A program made the position numbers and the translations under genes. Shown piece after piece: positions 43,552 through 53,947 of a stretch of 64,000 bases of DNA. Position 1 is the stretch's first letter, and each line of letters begins with the position of its first letter. The DNA comes from Escherichia phage UoN_LDJ77_1, in the sequence record OK570375, one strand, 5' to 3'. The notes below the pieces were generated by a model, which worked only from the letters and a program-made list of their open reading frames with translations, made no database searches and was not told the DNA's origin.

Positions 43552-45369
43552 CTACTGGCTCATCCATTCTTTACGAAGGTCAGCATTATCTCCCATGAGC
43601 ATTTCAAAAAGCTCTTTCCAGTTCTCAGGAAGTTTAACAACATCATATACTGGATTTTGAATCATTTCACGATATTCAGATTTTTCCAAAGAGCCAAGTC
43701 CTTTAATATAACGGATGCTATGTTTAGGTAGAGCATCTTTGGCACTCTCATATTCAGCGACTGTATAAAACCATTCTTGTTTTTTACCGACCTGAGCGAT
43801 GATTACAGGAGTTTTGACAAAGCGAATTCGTCCTTGCTCAAACAATTCTGGCCAATTACTAAAAAACCCGAGCAGAGAAGGATAAATGCTTCCTAGACCA
43901 TCATGATCAGCATCAGTCATAATAGCAATATTATGATAATTCAAGTTTTCAGCTTTTTCACCGAGAACTAGACCAGTGATTGCGCAAATATCAAATAGTT
44001 CTTTGTTTTTAAGCATATCGGCATATGACATACCCCAGCTATTAAGAACTTTACCGCGCAATGGATAACCACCATGAAGTTCTTTATCACGAACATCAAT
44101 AAGATATCCGATAGCAGAATCACCCTCAGTCAAGAAAAGAGTAGTATCAGCATCTTTACCACAAAGATTCGCTTTGATATGTTTATGAACCTTAGCTTTA
44201 GAAGCCTTTTTAGCTGCTTTAGTTTCTGCTGCTTTTTCTGCCGCCAATTTACGAGCTAATGCTGCTTCAATAATTGGCATCAAAATCGCTTCATTATTCA
44301 AAATAGCACGTGAAATCTTTTTAGCATCAAGTTGAATATGACTACGGATTTCACCAAATGGAGAAGTCAAACGCTCTTTAGTTTGAGAATCAAATCGCAT
44401 GTTTTTCATATCACGAACAAACATAACGATAGTCAAACATTCTTTGACACGCGCTTTAGTTACATCAATTTTGAACTTGCGTTTGATTTGTGGAATAAGG
44501 TCTTCACAAATATCATCCATAACACAGTCAATGTGATGGCCACCATTCTTAGTGTGAATGTTATTGACGTACGTCAACTGACGAAAACCATCCGGTGAAC
44601 GACCAACCGCAATAGAACAATTTTCTTGTTCTTGAACAATAGCATGTTCATCATACTGTCGTGCATATTTCTTAAAATTGCCCTGAACCTTTTTACCATT
44701 AAAGGTAAATTGAATATCAGGATAAACAACAGCAAGTGTCTGGAGACGATCTAGTGTAATGTCAAGATAAACCTGAGATAGCTCATTAGTTTCAAATGAC
44801 ATAAAATCAGGAATGAAAGTAACGCGAGTTCCTTTCCATTTTCCAGGAATATCTTCCCATGATTTATTTTCCATGCCATTTGAACAACGAACTACAATAT
44901 TATTTTGACCATCGCCAGTTTCACCGACAAACATCACAGAAAAAATGTTTGTCAAACTAGAACCAACACCATTCATACCGCCAGTGACGCGTTCTTTATC
45001 ATCACCGAAGTTACCACCTGCTTTTGGAATAGTCCATGCAGCAACAGGACCAGGAATTTCTTCACCGGTAGGTGTTTTAACCATCGCCTGTGGAATACCG
45101 CGACCGTTATCTTCAACTGTTACTTGATTGTTTTTAATAGTAACATTAATTTTATTTGCGAATTTAAACTTAGTACGAATACCTTCATCTACTGAGTTAT
45201 CGATAATTTCATCAATAAGCTTAACAAGACCAGGTACATACTGAACACTTTCCCATTTACCAAACAGAAAGCGCTCATGCATTTCATTAGCAGAAGAGCC
45301 AATATACATGCCGCTACGCTTTTTGATATGTTCAATATCGCTCAGAATTTTAATTTCATTCTTAATCAT
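43552..45369 (-). CDS. 39: DNA topoisomerase II large (ATPase) subunit, unsplit gp39 (about 605 aa)
   Basis: GyrB-like ATPase plus TOPRIM in one frame; no gene 60 split and no mobA. Confidence 0.9.
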   Translation of the reverse strand: MIKNEIKILSDIEHIKKRSGMYIGSSANEMHERFLFGKWESVQYVPGLVKLIDEIIDNSVDEGIRTKFKFANKINVTIKNNQVTVEDNGRGIPQAMVKTPTGEEIPGPVAAWTIPKAGGNFGDDKERVTGGMNGVGSSLTNIFSVMFVGETGDGQNNIVVRCSNGMENKSWEDIPGKWKGTRVTFIPDFMSFETNELSQVYLDITLDRLQTLAVVYPDIQFTFNGKKVQGNFKKYARQYDEHAIVQEQENCSIAVGRSPDGFRQLTYVNNIHTKNGGHHIDCVMDDICEDLIPQIKRKFKIDVTKARVKECLTIVMFVRDMKNMRFDSQTKERLTSPFGEIRSHIQLDAKKISRAILNNEAILMPIIEAALARKLAAEKAAETKAAKKASKAKVHKHIKANLCGKDADTTLFLTEGDSAIGYLIDVRDKELHGGYPLRGKVLNSWGMSYADMLKNKELFDICAITGLVLGEKAENLNYHNIAIMTDADHDGLGSIYPSLLGFFSNWPELFEQGRIRFVKTPVIIAQVGKKQEWFYTVAEYESAKDALPKHSIRYIKGLGSLEKSEYREMIQNPVYDVVKLPENWKELFEMLMGDNADLRKEWMSQ

Positions 45370-45438
45370 CACTTATCCTCGTTTGGTTTCGGGAATATTA
45401 TACTCCAATAATCATAAAGCTAAAGGCCCGAAGGCCTT

Positions 45439-45708
45439 TTATTTAAAACGAATAGTCGAATCCTTGAAGAATAGTCCAGAACATACTGTTCCTTCTACTT
45501 TCTGCCCAGTAGGTCCAATAGCACGAAATCCAGTATGCTGGAAATCATTTTCAGAGCAACCGAACCAATTATATCCAGTGATTTCAATATTAGTAAAACC
45601 ACTTGAAGACAAAACTTTGGTTGCATTATCAGCATCAGTACATCCTATTAAAGACACTGCTAATACTAATGCTGCAATAGAACGATTAATATATTTCATA
45701 ATTTTCAC
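45439..45708 (-). CDS. putative lipoprotein (89 aa)
   Basis: Signal peptide with LIGC lipobox. Confidence 0.5.
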   Translation of the reverse strand: MKIMKYINRSIAALVLAVSLIGCTDADNATKVLSSSGFTNIEITGYNWFGCSENDFQHTGFRAIGPTGQKVEGTVCSGLFFKDSTIRFK

Positions 45709-46076
45709 TTAAATTTAATGGCTTGAAGAAGACTAATAACTCTCAAGCGGCTTCTTTCATCTTTAACTGTAAAGGAAAGAGGGTCACCAGATTTCATAGT
45801 GATAGTGCATCCAAAATCAAAATTTTCGGGAACTTCTTCGAAGAAGTCAAATTCTTCATCATAAATTAGAACATTACTCTGAAAACTGTGAAGAATTTTT
45901 CCATCATTTCCAGATGCTGTACTAATCATTGTAACATTATTACCTTTCATATCTTCAACGATAAATTCGCTTGTAGATATTACAGCATTAATAGAACCAT
46001 TCCTATAAATAGCAGACATTAGATATTTCTTTTCTTCGCCTTCGCGAATACGATATTTCTTACCGATTTTAAACAT
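45705..46076 (-). CDS. hypothetical protein (123 aa from ATG at 46074..46076)
   Basis: Track start is a GTG; in-frame ATG two codons in. Confidence 0.5.
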   Translation of the reverse strand: MFKIGKKYRIREGEEKKYLMSAIYRNGSINAVISTSEFIVEDMKGNNVTMISTASGNDGKILHSFQSNVLIYDEEFDFFEEVPENFDFGCTITMKSGDPLSFTVKDERSRLRVISLLQAIKFK

Positions 46077-46078
46077 AA

Positions 46079-46255
46079 TCACCCTTTAAGTAAGTCGTAA
46101 AAACCACCATTCACATGCTTAGGAGCGGAAACTAACCGAATAGCAATCCGATGACAATCAGGACATACATCAGTATCCCTTTCAGAAATTTTCTTGATTT
46201 TTTCGTATTCTTTTGCACAGTCTTTGGATTGGCATTTATAATCATACATTGGCAT
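46079..46255 (-). CDS. small zinc-ribbon protein (58 aa, CxxC...CxxC)
   Basis: Hand-translated MPMYDYKCQSKDCAKEYEKIKKISERDTDVCPDCHRIAIRL...; below the 60-aa track cutoff. Confidence 0.4.
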   Translation of the reverse strand: MPMYDYKCQSKDCAKEYEKIKKISERDTDVCPDCHRIAIRLVSAPKHVNGGFYDLLKG

Positions 46256-46257
46256 AA

Positions 46258-46677
46258 TTATTCCTTAAAGTGAGCTTTCAACATCTGATACAAGGACCAT
46301 GCTTGTTCATTATTTTCAATAGTAACTTTCATTACCGGGAATTCTGTGAAATCTTCTATTTGTTCTTGCTCTTCCTGCTCTTGTTCTTCAGCAGCCTGAT
46401 ATGGATTTTCAACTTCATCAAAGAACCCAGCTTCGTTAGTAGAGAGCCAGATAAAGTTTTCGTCAAGGATATCACCGCCGGCACAACGTTTGAGTACACC
46501 TATGGATGTCATAATTTTAGTAGGACGCCCAAGATAATCAGCATCTAAAATTTTAAAAGGCTCCATACCTAAACGTCGTGCATAGATTCCGTTATCAGTA
46601 TGGTCTTTAATAAAATTTTCTTGAGCTTGTTTATTTTTAAATTGATACCATTTATTAACTTCAAATTTAATAGCCAT
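46258..46677 (-). CDS. hypothetical acidic protein (139 aa), T4 goF position
   Basis: ORF track; synteny only. Confidence 0.5.
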   Translation of the reverse strand: MAIKFEVNKWYQFKNKQAQENFIKDHTDNGIYARRLGMEPFKILDADYLGRPTKIMTSIGVLKRCAGGDILDENFIWLSTNEAGFFDEVENPYQAAEEQEQEEQEQIEDFTEFPVMKVTIENNEQAWSLYQMLKAHFKE

Positions 46678-46892
46678 TAATAAATTTCCTTCCAGTAAGT
46701 TGTACCATCTTCAGTGATTTCACGAAATACACCGTAAATTGGCTGTTTATCACCGACTTTCTCATACACATAAACAGAAGTCAAGTGAGTAAACTTGCTA
46801 GTATGTTCCTTTTGAACTACTACCAAATCTGGATCGAATAATACATCTTCAAATTCGTCATTAGTGCAGTTTTGAACAATTTTACGTTTCAT
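46677..46892 (-). CDS. hypothetical protein (71 aa), T4 cef position
   Basis: 71 aa and position before motB; identity not verifiable. Confidence 0.5.
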   Translation of the reverse strand: MKRKIVQNCTNDEFEDVLFDPDLVVVQKEHTSKFTHLTSVYVYEKVGDKQPIYGVFREITEDGTTYWKEIY

Positions 46893-47064
46893 TACAATTT
46901 CCTCATTAATTGAACATTGGAGCGATGCGTTTCAGAAGAGTATCAACACCTTTAGCGAATTTTCCATTTTATTATCCGAGTTGTTTTCTGTATCAGTAGT
47001 TGATATTGATATAGTACCATAATCAACTACTGATGTATATAGTTTTATGAAAAAATTTTAAACT

Positions 47065-47553
47065 TTATGCATAGAGAGCATTGCTATAGTGTTTAATCCA
47101 ACTTTCAGGAATGACTTTGTATGTTCCTAAAAATACCACGTTGTACAACTTAACGCCATCTTCTACCCATTGATCGGTAATGTATCCACACATAGCGCGA
47201 GTATAAGCAGCCTTTCCATCATCTTTGATAAATTTAAATTCGCAAGGAGCAATGAACTTAATAGCTTGACCGAGTTTCCACTTAAAGTCTACACCTACAT
47301 GCGAAGTATCAATCGTTTCAATTCCTTTAGCGGGAACAGCTTTCAAAAACGCAGGCTCAAGAAATTTCCATCGAACATAACCAAACTGGGGCTTAGACAT
47401 TCCATCTTTAGCAATGATACGTACTTTTACTTCAGAATCTTCATCTTTAACACCGTGTTTAAGCTGAATGCTTACAACTTCGACCAATTTTCCTGCTGCT
47501 TTAGAACGGGATTTATCAGATACACGAGCAATTTCACCGATATTAATATTCAT
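47065..47553 (-). CDS. motB: MotB-like protein (162 aa)
   Basis: 162 aa and position as T4 motB. Confidence 0.7.
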   Translation of the reverse strand: MNINIGEIARVSDKSRSKAAGKLVEVVSIQLKHGVKDEDSEVKVRIIAKDGMSKPQFGYVRWKFLEPAFLKAVPAKGIETIDTSHVGVDFKWKLGQAIKFIAPCEFKFIKDDGKAAYTRAMCGYITDQWVEDGVKLYNVVFLGTYKVIPESWIKHYSNALYA

Positions 47554-47626
47554 AATTATCTCTCACTTGTTAAAAAGATTTTATACTCCACAGGACCATT
47601 ATACTCTGGTCCCAAGAGTTTGTAAG

Positions 47627-48175
47627 CTAGCTTACACGAACATTAATCGCTGCGCTACGAGGAACTACAGAGTATTCTCCAGCATGAACTACGTTCAGAA
47701 GTTCAACGCCATCTTCAATCCACTGGTCTGTTACCCAACCACAGATAGGATTATCAAAAGGACGACGGATAGACACAGCAGCACACAACAGGTCTGTAGG
47801 GTCTTGTTCTTCAACTTCTTGGAACAGGATGAACTCATCTTCATAAACCAGGTTTTTCTTTATTTTGTTATTATCTAACCGGCGACCGTGGATGACGTAA
47901 GATTTGTCAAACCACTCACTTTTGGCAAATTCTTCAACAATAAATTCGCCTTCGCCAAAAACATCAGTCAGAGTTTTATGACCAGAAATCAAGGCATTAG
48001 TTTTAATTTTAGGTTCAACCAGTTTGTAGGTTTTGCCGATTTCAATAGCGGTAGTCATAGTAGGTTCCTTAATTTCCAGTGGTTTAACAGGGCATACATA
48101 AGTGCTTACAACATCAAAATCAATCAGTTTAGCTACCGGATTTGGTATGTATTCAGGATTATAATTAAATTTCAT
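47627..48175 (-). CDS. hypothetical protein (182 aa) sharing a C-terminal domain with MotB
   Basis: C-terminal motif CGxxTDQW(V/I)EDGV(K/E)LxNVV shared with 47065..47553. Confidence 0.5.
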   Translation of the reverse strand: MKFNYNPEYIPNPVAKLIDFDVVSTYVCPVKPLEIKEPTMTTAIEIGKTYKLVEPKIKTNALISGHKTLTDVFGEGEFIVEEFAKSEWFDKSYVIHGRRLDNNKIKKNLVYEDEFILFQEVEEQDPTDLLCAAVSIRRPFDNPICGWVTDQWIEDGVELLNVVHAGEYSVVPRSAAINVRVS

Positions 48176-48177
48176 AA

Positions 48178-48717
48178 TTATCTCATTTCAATAAAATCTA
48201 CGAGTTCAGCATGCGATTTGCGGAACATTACTTGGTGCCCACCAATGATAACTTCATCTTCAGGAACTTCGTATACAGCGAGATAAAATCCTTTAGAAGA
48301 TAATTCTTCCCGCTCTTCTCGTGTGAACCATCTCATCATATCATATTCACTAGCGAAAGCAAAATGATAAAGACCTATAAACCATCCTGGAATATGATAT
48401 TCTACTCCAACATAATCTTTCTTGAACTTAGTATTAATTACTATATTAGCGTTTTTAACTAATAGTTTATCTTCGTGTGGTAAAGGAATTCTTTTATTAT
48501 TATCGCTATGATGCATAAAATTAGGTCTGTCATAACCTACGTGTAATAGCCACTCTTCGCTCCATGAATCTATTATACTCCTGTACGGCGTTATTTGAAC
48601 ACAAAGATTTCGACGTATTGTTATAGCATCTTCATAATCAAGAATACTAAACGATGATTCAACACGATAAATTTTCATTTTATTATCCTCAGTAGCTATG
48701 GTGTTATAATACCACAA
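48178..48717 (-). CDS. hypothetical protein (179 aa)
   Basis: ORF track. Confidence 0.5.
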   Translation of the reverse strand: MWYYNTIATEDNKMKIYRVESSFSILDYEDAITIRRNLCVQITPYRSIIDSWSEEWLLHVGYDRPNFMHHSDNNKRIPLPHEDKLLVKNANIVINTKFKKDYVGVEYHIPGWFIGLYHFAFASEYDMMRWFTREEREELSSKGFYLAVYEVPEDEVIIGGHQVMFRKSHAELVDFIEMR

Positions 48718-48741
48718 CTAACCGAGGAAGTAAACAACTTT

Positions 48742-49425
48742 TTATCGTTTTGTTGGAAGAGATAGAGGATCGCAATCTTCCTCTGACGGAGCATCTTCAA
48801 GACCCATAGCATATCGCAAAGCATACTTCATCATCAGAATATCTTTCGCACAGTCATGAATAGAATCATGCGCAACGAATCCATCTAAAGTTCCTTTTGG
48901 AAGAGGACATGTGGTCATATCACGAACAAGAAGAAGTGCTTCAATTCTGGTACGAATATCACGCTGATTCCAGAATTTACATGGTTCTAACTTAAATGTG
49001 TCAAGCTCATTCTCAGAAACACCATTAAGACGTTGAATATCACGAATGAGATCGACTAAAATTGGAAAATCAAACGACATTCCACGGCACCAGCCTTGAG
49101 ATTTCCAAGGATCGATATTATGTGCATTAATGTAATCATTAAATTTCGCAATACCGTCGATAGTGCTTACATCTTCATCGGACGGTGCAATATTTTTTCG
49201 AGCTTCAGGAGACTGATTTTTCCACCATTCGATAGTACTTTTAGTAAAAAGACGATGTCCTTTTTGGCTTTTTAAATCAAATTTGATTTTAATGCCGCGT
49301 GAAACTAATTCATCAAATGTTTCAACTACTTCTGGGTTAGGGTCAAAAGCAATTACAGCTAAATCAATAACAGCTGCTTTTTCACCACTTCCCATTGTTT
49401 CAAAATCTATAATAAAATCAAACAT
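48742..49425 (-). CDS. dexA: exonuclease A, DnaQ-like 3'-5' exonuclease (227 aa)
   Basis: N-terminal DxE exonuclease motif (FDFIIDFETMG); size and position as T4 dexA. Confidence 0.8.
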   Translation of the reverse strand: MFDFIIDFETMGSGEKAAVIDLAVIAFDPNPEVVETFDELVSRGIKIKFDLKSQKGHRLFTKSTIEWWKNQSPEARKNIAPSDEDVSTIDGIAKFNDYINAHNIDPWKSQGWCRGMSFDFPILVDLIRDIQRLNGVSENELDTFKLEPCKFWNQRDIRTRIEALLLVRDMTTCPLPKGTLDGFVAHDSIHDCAKDILMMKYALRYAMGLEDAPSEEDCDPLSLPTKR

Positions 49426-49700
49426 TAAATTTTCCTTGCTAAATCGCGAATTTGACCTACAGTATAGTCTTGAATATAAACTTTATTAATAGGTTCATCA
49501 ATAAATTTTGCCATAGATTCAATATCTTTTTGCATCTCTTCAAGACTGTATATTATCTTTAAAGCTTTTTCGCGAATAGTAATATTTTCAGGACCAGAAT
49601 TTTTCTCAATGACAGCTTTAACATTTGTCATAAGAGATTTAAACTGACACCAACTTAATTCAATCATTAATAACCGCCTTATAAAGATGGCTAATTTCAC
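49425..49700 (-). CDS. hypothetical protein (91 aa)
   Basis: ORF track. Confidence 0.45.
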   Translation of the reverse strand: MKLAIFIRRLLMIELSWCQFKSLMTNVKAVIEKNSGPENITIREKALKIIYSLEEMQKDIESMAKFIDEPINKVYIQDYTVGQIRDLARKI

Positions 49701-49920
49701 CTAAAATGTAATCACTGATTGTAACAGTTTTTACTTCACCACAAAAGAATTCTAACGCAATCAAATCTCGTTCAATTTCTTCCAATTGAAGCATTAACTT
49801 GCCTGATTCAATTTTCACGTTTTTGCGATTTTTACTATAAGCTATTTCATAAATTTCGCTAACTTTATCCTGAAGAAGATAAAACTGATCTTTAGTTATT
49901 TCCACGAATAGCTTCCTCAA
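49660..49920 (-). CDS. hypothetical protein (86 aa)
   Basis: ORF track. Confidence 0.45.
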   Translation of the reverse strand: MRKLFVEITKDQFYLLQDKVSEIYEIAYSKNRKNVKIESGKLMLQLEEIERDLIALEFFCGEVKTVTISDYILGEISHLYKAVIND

Positions 49921-50152
49921 ATTTAATTAGTAATTTACAGACACTTTCATCTAATGTAATTACTGTATCTGTATTACTATGATATGATTGTTTTTCAATT
50001 CGTTTAATTGCTAATATAGTATCACTTATAAGATAAAGCTTATGAAGGAGCTCAGCTCCTGTTACCATAACATTAAGATTATCTTGCTTATTAGTATGCT
50101 TCCTTATACCATCTATTAGACGATTTAAATATTTTGAATTGATGTTAATCAT
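49892..50152 (-). CDS. hypothetical protein (86 aa)
   Basis: ORF track. Confidence 0.45.
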   Translation of the reverse strand: MININSKYLNRLIDGIRKHTNKQDNLNVMVTGAELLHKLYLISDTILAIKRIEKQSYHSNTDTVITLDESVCKLLIKFEEAIRGNN

Positions 50153-50158
50153 ATATCC

Positions 50159-51478
50159 TCACACATAAAACACATCATAACGACCACGGGTAACACCAAC
50201 ATAAAGAAGTTGTTGGGCCAATTCAGCATCTGCATAATGAATACAAGGCGTATAAATGAAAGCACGGTCTACAGACATACCCTGCGCTTTATGGAATGTT
50301 GATGCAGGAAGTGCTTTCACTTTACTAAACTGTGATTTAGCATCCCAAAAATCGCTCCACGGAGCTTTTCCGCCTTTGTTCCAATTTTTATAAGTTTCTG
50401 CTGTTTTACCTAAAAATAGGTTAAACTTATACAATTCTTCATCAGATGAAATTATTTTAATCTTTTCACGATAATATTCATCATCGCCATAAGTTTCTAC
50501 TGTTAAATCCCAATGACGAATTAAGTATTCCCCAGAAACACCACGAGCTTTAACAAACGTTGATGTATACTCTGCTTCTATAATACGAACTAATTGTCCG
50601 TTATTAAAAATAATTTCTGATACAGGCTTTCCATCAATTTTATATGTTTTAATTAACGGTTCCTGCATTACAATAATTTCACCGACAATAAAATCTTTAT
50701 CAGTTTCAAAAATCTTTTTACGAATAATGCTATTTAACTTGTCAACAGATTTATTCGTAAATGCCATTACGCGATTTTCAAACAAATCATCTAAAGATTT
50801 GACGATTGAAAAATAATTTACCATAAAATCGCGTAAAGCGGTATCACCAGTAAATCCACGTACTCCATGCCCGTCAACAATTTTATCATAAATCCACTTA
50901 CCGTTACGAACGTCAGTAGCTACATCAATAATAGGAGCATTACTGCGTTTAACTTCAGTAAGTTCACACTGATAAAAATCTTTGTGTGTAAAGAATGGAC
51001 TGATATAAGCAGTATTTTCTCCTGGATCAACAGGTCTAATTTGCTTATTATCACCTATTCCAATTATAGTACACCAAGGTGGAATAGTTGAAAGCAGAAT
51101 TTTAAATAGCTTTCTATCATACATTGACACTTCGTCGCAGATTAATACTCTGCATTTAGCTAAATCCGGTACTTCTTTTTGTTCAAAAAGAACGTTTTCT
51201 TCATATGTTACTGGGTTAATTTTAAGAATGCTATGAATAGTACTTGCTTCTTTCCCTGATAGTTTTGAAAGAATCTTTTTAGCCGCATGAGTAGGAGCTG
51301 CTAAAATAATACCAGTTTCACCCGTAGATATTAAAGCTTCAATGATGAACTTAGTAAGAGTAGTCTTACCGGTACCAGCAGGTCCATTAATAGTTACATG
51401 ATGTTTCTTTTCTTTAATAGCCTTCATAACAATGTTAAAGGCATTTTTCTGGCCTTCGGTCAAATCATCAAATGTCAT
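50159..51478 (-). CDS. dda: Dda DNA helicase, SF1 (439 aa)
   Basis: Walker A GPAGTGKTT and SF1 helicase motifs; 439 aa. Confidence 0.9.
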   Translation of the reverse strand: MTFDDLTEGQKNAFNIVMKAIKEKKHHVTINGPAGTGKTTLTKFIIEALISTGETGIILAAPTHAAKKILSKLSGKEASTIHSILKINPVTYEENVLFEQKEVPDLAKCRVLICDEVSMYDRKLFKILLSTIPPWCTIIGIGDNKQIRPVDPGENTAYISPFFTHKDFYQCELTEVKRSNAPIIDVATDVRNGKWIYDKIVDGHGVRGFTGDTALRDFMVNYFSIVKSLDDLFENRVMAFTNKSVDKLNSIIRKKIFETDKDFIVGEIIVMQEPLIKTYKIDGKPVSEIIFNNGQLVRIIEAEYTSTFVKARGVSGEYLIRHWDLTVETYGDDEYYREKIKIISSDEELYKFNLFLGKTAETYKNWNKGGKAPWSDFWDAKSQFSKVKALPASTFHKAQGMSVDRAFIYTPCIHYADAELAQQLLYVGVTRGRYDVFYV

Positions 51479-51786
51479 CGTAAATTCCCTGCAATTGGTA
51501 TACTAACAATACGCCCAGTATCTAAAATTCGCTGATATAATCTTTGTGTGTCTACGTCAGGCTTAACATGTTTAACTTCTATTTTATTAAACCAAAACTT
51601 ACGTGGAGTCTCAACTAATCTTGGAATTCCCTTACCTAAAGCTAGTCGATACTGTTCTTTAAGAGTAGTAAATACTTTATCAGCAATCTTCCATTCAAAA
51701 AATACAGCAGGACGATGTTCATCAAGCGGAACTGGCGCCGTAAATCCGTCTTTGTCTCGGTAAACTATCGCATATACATAAACCAT
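51475..51786 (-). CDS. hypothetical protein (103 aa)
   Basis: ORF track. Confidence 0.5.
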   Translation of the reverse strand: MVYVYAIVYRDKDGFTAPVPLDEHRPAVFFEWKIADKVFTTLKEQYRLALGKGIPRLVETPRKFWFNKIEVKHVKPDVDTQRLYQRILDTGRIVSIPIAGNLR

Positions 51787-51787
51787 A

Positions 51788-52534
51788 TTATCCTCGGATA
51801 AGTTTAAAAATTGAACAATTTAGCGGGTATCCTCTTTTCAGTTTAAGTTTATCAATAAAAGACAAGTTTTGATACCGCTCTACACCTTGAATAATTTTAT
51901 CACACATATCATATTGCATTTCTGCTTCTGACAACTTTTTCACAATTTTCCAATCCGAGCCTTTAAGAAGAACGTTCAATTTAACAACTTCAGCGCCTTC
52001 TGCTATGCGAGAACCATCAATACGAGCTTTAAGTGCTATAATCCTTAGCTTAATGTCAGAGGTCTGTTTTGATTTAGAAAGCTGAGAAATGTGTTCAATT
52101 CGGTTTTCACGTTTTTTCTGTATAGCTTTAATTTGATTATAAGTCTTTTTGATTTTAGCCCATTTCTTTTCATCTAAATTTAGTTTATGAACTTTTTTCG
52201 CAGATGAACGACCAATTCGCAAAGCAAATAAATCACGCTTTTCAATCAACTCCTCTAAAGTATAATCAGAACGAAATGTATTATACTTTTTCTTTACTGC
52301 AATAACATTCCCTTTAATGTATCCAACGTTATTATCAAAACGTTCTAATGATAATTTCTCTCCTTCAATACGATTATCAAAAGGTTCTCCTGAGTAGGCA
52401 CAAACTTTTTGATCTAAAATGTTCTTAATGTAATTGAAGTCTAAGTTAAAATCTTTAGAACGTCTTTTTGCAGATGCCTGAGTATGCTCTAGACGACGTT
52501 TAATTTTACGAATTTGATTATTAGACAGCTTCAT
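51788..52534 (-). CDS. hypothetical basic protein (248 aa), T4 srd position
   Basis: Size and position between dda and modA. Confidence 0.5.
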   Translation of the reverse strand: MKLSNNQIRKIKRRLEHTQASAKRRSKDFNLDFNYIKNILDQKVCAYSGEPFDNRIEGEKLSLERFDNNVGYIKGNVIAVKKKYNTFRSDYTLEELIEKRDLFALRIGRSSAKKVHKLNLDEKKWAKIKKTYNQIKAIQKKRENRIEHISQLSKSKQTSDIKLRIIALKARIDGSRIAEGAEVVKLNVLLKGSDWKIVKKLSEAEMQYDMCDKIIQGVERYQNLSFIDKLKLKRGYPLNCSIFKLIRG

Positions 52535-52657
52535 ATTTTTCTCACATCTTACGGACGGTTAACTACTTATACTATAACATTTTTACCTTAACTTGTAAAC
52601 AACTTTATGTAAAAATGCTTTAAAACTTTCATGGTATAATGAATCTAAGTCCTTCCA

Positions 52658-53260
52658 TTATAGATTAAATCCTTCAAAATCAAGAGTATAGATAGTGTAT
52701 GTTGAATACTTTTTGTACTCATATTTATCTGCAATTCTAAATACACTTCCAGCTGGTATCATTACTTCTTGTTCATCTGAAACTAATTCCATATTACGAT
52801 AACGATGACTATCCGGAAACTTAAAGTTTGGATTGTATTCTTTACAGCGTAGAGCTTTTATAGCATACTCCTGGAAATTGAATACCATAGGAGCTTTGAA
52901 TTCAAAAATAACTTGTGTGTTATACTCTAAACCGGAAGCAAAATGTAGAGCTATATTTTTATCATATGAAGCTGATACGACTTTATCAAATGTAATAATA
53001 TCAATTCCTTGATTTAATACTTGCTTAGTCTCAGCTGGAACACCTCTCCAAAGAGGTTTATCGTTTGGTTCCAAACGAGATTTGATTATTTCATTTAACC
53101 AAGTATGGTCATCTGGTTTATTAGTAATACAATGAATTAAAAGTTCAATTTCAGATAAATTAAACCCTTCAGAAAGTAATTCTTCACGAATAGAAGCACG
53201 CACCGATGCATCCATTGATTTTATTTTAAAATCTTTTAGTTGCATTACTGAGTATTTCAT
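52658..53260 (-). CDS. modA: ADP-ribosyltransferase ModA (200 aa)
   Basis: R-S-E ART signature (LWRGV..., EQEVMIPAG); 200 aa. Confidence 0.8.
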   Translation of the reverse strand: MKYSVMQLKDFKIKSMDASVRASIREELLSEGFNLSEIELLIHCITNKPDDHTWLNEIIKSRLEPNDKPLWRGVPAETKQVLNQGIDIITFDKVVSASYDKNIALHFASGLEYNTQVIFEFKAPMVFNFQEYAIKALRCKEYNPNFKFPDSHRYRNMELVSDEQEVMIPAGSVFRIADKYEYKKYSTYTIYTLDFEGFNL

Positions 53261-53880
53261 TCAACTACCTCAATATCATAAACTTTAAATGTTCCAAATG
53301 AATCGTGTAATTTTTCTTTTGAAATAGAAGTTATTCTATACTTTCCAATTGGAATCATCCATTCTTGTTCACGCACAATCATCATTAAGTTATCAGTACG
53401 CTCTGAATCTAGCCCATCAGTATCTTCATACGTGTACTTAAACTCAGTATTAGGAGAAGAAAGTATAATATCGCTGATATGGTCAGAATAATTAAAAGCT
53501 TTATCAGTTTTTAAGCGAAATATTATTTCAGTGAAATACTCAACATAAGAAAAACCACATGCTGTGTGCAAACTAGTAGTAAATGAATCTACCCTATTCG
53601 TTGAAAACACTTCTCCAACTTGTAAATCTTTAATGAGTTCTTTTGTCGATTTTGATATACCACGATATAACTGATAAGGTGATTTAGTTAAATGCTTTTT
53701 AACGATTTTATTCAACTGCCGATGAAGAGCTTCATTCTTTTTAGCTTCCATACATTGCCAAAGAATTGACTGCTCAAAGTCAGTAAATTTTTCACAGACT
53801 TTTTTATACATATCATATTGAAAATCAACGCTTTCAGCTTTTATAGATAACTGTTCAACATCTGCAAGATTAATAATCAT
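53257..53880 (-). CDS. modB: ADP-ribosyltransferase ModB (207 aa)
   Basis: Paralog of ModA with LYRGIS... and EQEWMIPIG; 207 aa. Confidence 0.8.
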   Translation of the reverse strand: MIINLADVEQLSIKAESVDFQYDMYKKVCEKFTDFEQSILWQCMEAKKNEALHRQLNKIVKKHLTKSPYQLYRGISKSTKELIKDLQVGEVFSTNRVDSFTTSLHTACGFSYVEYFTEIIFRLKTDKAFNYSDHISDIILSSPNTEFKYTYEDTDGLDSERTDNLMMIVREQEWMIPIGKYRITSISKEKLHDSFGTFKVYDIEVVE

Positions 53881-53947
53881 GATAGCCTCCGTATACTTCA
53901 GAAGCTATCATATCATCGTTAGAAAGGAAAGTAAACAACTTTTTGAA

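Noticed and set aside
43552-45369. Gene 60-style translational bypass or split topoisomerase subunit
   Set aside because: The frame is continuous across the region where T4 is split; no stop or 50-nt gap.
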